Below, in pieces: positions 61,683 through 64,000 of a stretch of 64,000 bases of DNA (position 1 is the stretch's first letter; every line of letters begins with the position of its first letter). A program made the translations under genes and the position numbers. Under the pieces are notes generated by a model, which saw nothing but the letters and a program-made list of their open reading frames with translations, had not been told where the DNA came from and made no database searches. Location of the stretch: assembly GCA_038087875.1 (NCBI GenBank), contig CM075989.1, positions 12,464,001-12,528,000 on the forward strand, given 5' to 3'. The DNA is from Malacoraja senta (Eukaryota).

Positions 61683-64000
61683 TCCAGAGAAGCATTGCAT
61701 GTGGAATGATGACATTTCAATTGCACCTGATGTGGAAATCAGATTAATGTAAACTGTGACCAAAAGTAACCAGTCAAAATGTTATAGTGGTGTGCTTCAA
61801 CCAGGAAATTGTCACATCCACATTCCACATCAGAAGTTACTGATTGTCATATGCATAGATGAAAAAAATAGTGTTGTGCATTTGACCTTTTTGGTAGTCA
61901 ATATTTTCTAGCATGTATGTGAAAAAAAAAATATTAATGAAACCATACAGCTGGAAAAGGTAACCTTCATATGTAATCATGAAGGGGAAATTAGAACCAG
62001 TTTCATACTATACCAATTGTTTTAATGAAGTGTACGGTGTTTTAGAAAATTATAAACTACTCATTTAAAAAGATTAGAAATGTGAGTTTAGAAGAAAGGG
62101 AGGGGATTTAATTGATATGCAACGTCGCAGACTGAGATAAGAAGGAAATTAATCTGAGGGATGTGAATCTCTATAATCCACAACCTAAAGAGCTGTGGTG
62201 CTGTGTACATAAATAGAGTCATAGAGTCAGACAGTATGGAAACAGGCCTTTCAGCCCAATTCATCCATGCCAATGAACATGCCCATCTATGCTGGTCTGA
62301 TGTACCCTCTAAAATGTTCCTATCTACAAATCTGTCCAAATGTGTATTAATTGTTTATAATGAAATGTATTACAAATATAGATAATAAATATACCAAGAA
62401 ATTGCACAAATGTATGCAGCAATCTGGTCATCTGCAAAATGTTGCAAAACCACTGTTAAAATTTGTTCGGCTGGTTGGCAATCCTGCATTAAAATGGCAG
62501 TCCTTGAATAGACTTAACCGTCTGTAGTTCTGCCACATTTGTTTATTTCCTCATTAATTTTAAAAGGGCATCAGCTCTTAATGCACATTCTCTCTATGAC
62601 TATGTGGACTTTTACTTTATGCTCTGATTTCCTTCCACTCACAAAACAAATGCTGGTAAGTTAAATAACCACTGCAAATTATCCCAGTTTAAGGGCACAT
62701 TTTGTCCTGTATGACTCTATATGAGAGAATAGATTTAGGAAATTATTGAGGGGAGTGGGATTGTTTGTTCTCAAATAACTATTTTTGCCAGACACCCCTT
62801 TATTGCTTTTCTGTTTTTTATGTAAAATACTATGCAACCTTGCACACAATAAGATTTCAGTCAAGTGAATCTTTTCTGAACTGCTTCCAATGCCTATACA
62901 AACTTCCTTAAATAATGAACACAATACTGTGCTTATACTCCAGATGTGGTGTCCCCGGCTGTCTATATAATTGAAATATAATCTTCCTATTTTCGTATTC
63001 ACATCCTATTGTAATAAACAATATTCTGTGCTAGTTTTCTTGCTTTTTAATCTCTCATTATTTCAATAACATATTTTTTCTATTTTTTTCCTGCCACCAT
63101 GGGCAATTTTATATTTATTCTCACTTGGTACCGTATTTACCGGATCTTTGCATTTTTATTTAGTCGTAGCAACAGCATATATATGGCTGTTTCCCAGAAA
63201 CATGAAATTTACTATCAAACAAATTTTCTGATTATGTGCAGCAGCTGGAAGTTGAGGGAATGGAAATCCTTCCTGCTGAGAAAAAGATCCATGTGGTTAA
63301 AAGGAACCATTATGTATCCATGGTTGCAATCAATAGCTGCCTACTCGGGTGGGAAGCCAGCAATATTGCCAAATTCCAGTGCTTAACATTCTACCTCTTC
63401 TTCACTAGAAAATGAAGACCAATAACGCATCTCCATGTGGAGAGAACACATCTCTCCATGTGAAGATCATCTAAGTGGCTTATCTGAAAATAGTAAATTT
63501 TGAAAAAAATTGAAGTTGGCAGTCAATATGACATTGACTGATGGAGAAGGCATAAGATTGTTACCAAAGATCTTTGTGAAAATGTTATTCATCTCCATGC
63601 TGGTAACCTCTTTGGCTTTGTTCATTAGGGGGATCCAGGTTCTGAAGATTCTCTGGGAGAAAGCATTTCTGCCCTGTGGTTTTTGACACTCCACCTAAAC
63701 TAAATGAAATTAGGACATATATGTGTATTAGGACATATATGTGCACACAATGATGACATAATTAGGAATCCAACAGATGCCACAAAAGTGTCAGATCCAC
63801 AGGAGGGATTGCACTGGAAGTTCTTGGGCCAGTCTCCAACCACTAATCAATAATAAAATAGTTGCTCCATTTAATGTATGCAAAACTATTTTGTATATCA
63901 TGCAGTGTGGTGAAGTGATATTGTTGCTTCGGTGATTGTATATGCTGTTAAATTATTTATACTCATTACTTTACGTACACATTTGAATAGAAGCTGCCCT

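Noticed and set aside
61462..61752. ORF encoding PNPNPYPNPYPNPN
   Set aside because: It is just the translation of the CCCTAA/CCCATA repeats.

Overview
This is eukaryotic DNA from a vertebrate, most likely a cartilaginous fish (skate/ray). That assignment is inferred from the repeat families present: HE1-type V-SINEs, esterase-ORF1 CR1 LINEs and Penelope pLTR fragments. The window is almost all intron. The only host coding sequence I can support is a 93-bp EGF-like exon of MEGF11 on the + strand (9275-9367). The rest is a dense, nested mosaic of mobile elements. (1) Two near-complete DIRS1-type tyrosine-recombinase retrotransposons lie tail-to-tail (30818-35939 +, 41422-46468 -). Their terminal repeat/ICR structure is intact, both insertion sites reconstruct to GA-ATT-AAA, and gag appears to read in frame into pol. 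(2) There is one full-length CR1 LINE with both ORFs open (46751-51217). (3) There are many decayed CR1, Rex1/Babar and L1/Tx1 fragments. (4) There are Penelope-like fragments and fold-back palindromes carrying hammerhead-ribozyme-like cores. (5) There are V-SINEs and several MITEs, including a 334-bp TIR element with an 8-bp TSD that carries telomeric repeats. No rRNA, tRNA gene or CRISPR array is evident. Most short ORFs in the track are spurious or antisense to transposons. All family assignments come from motif recognition by eye, not from database searches.
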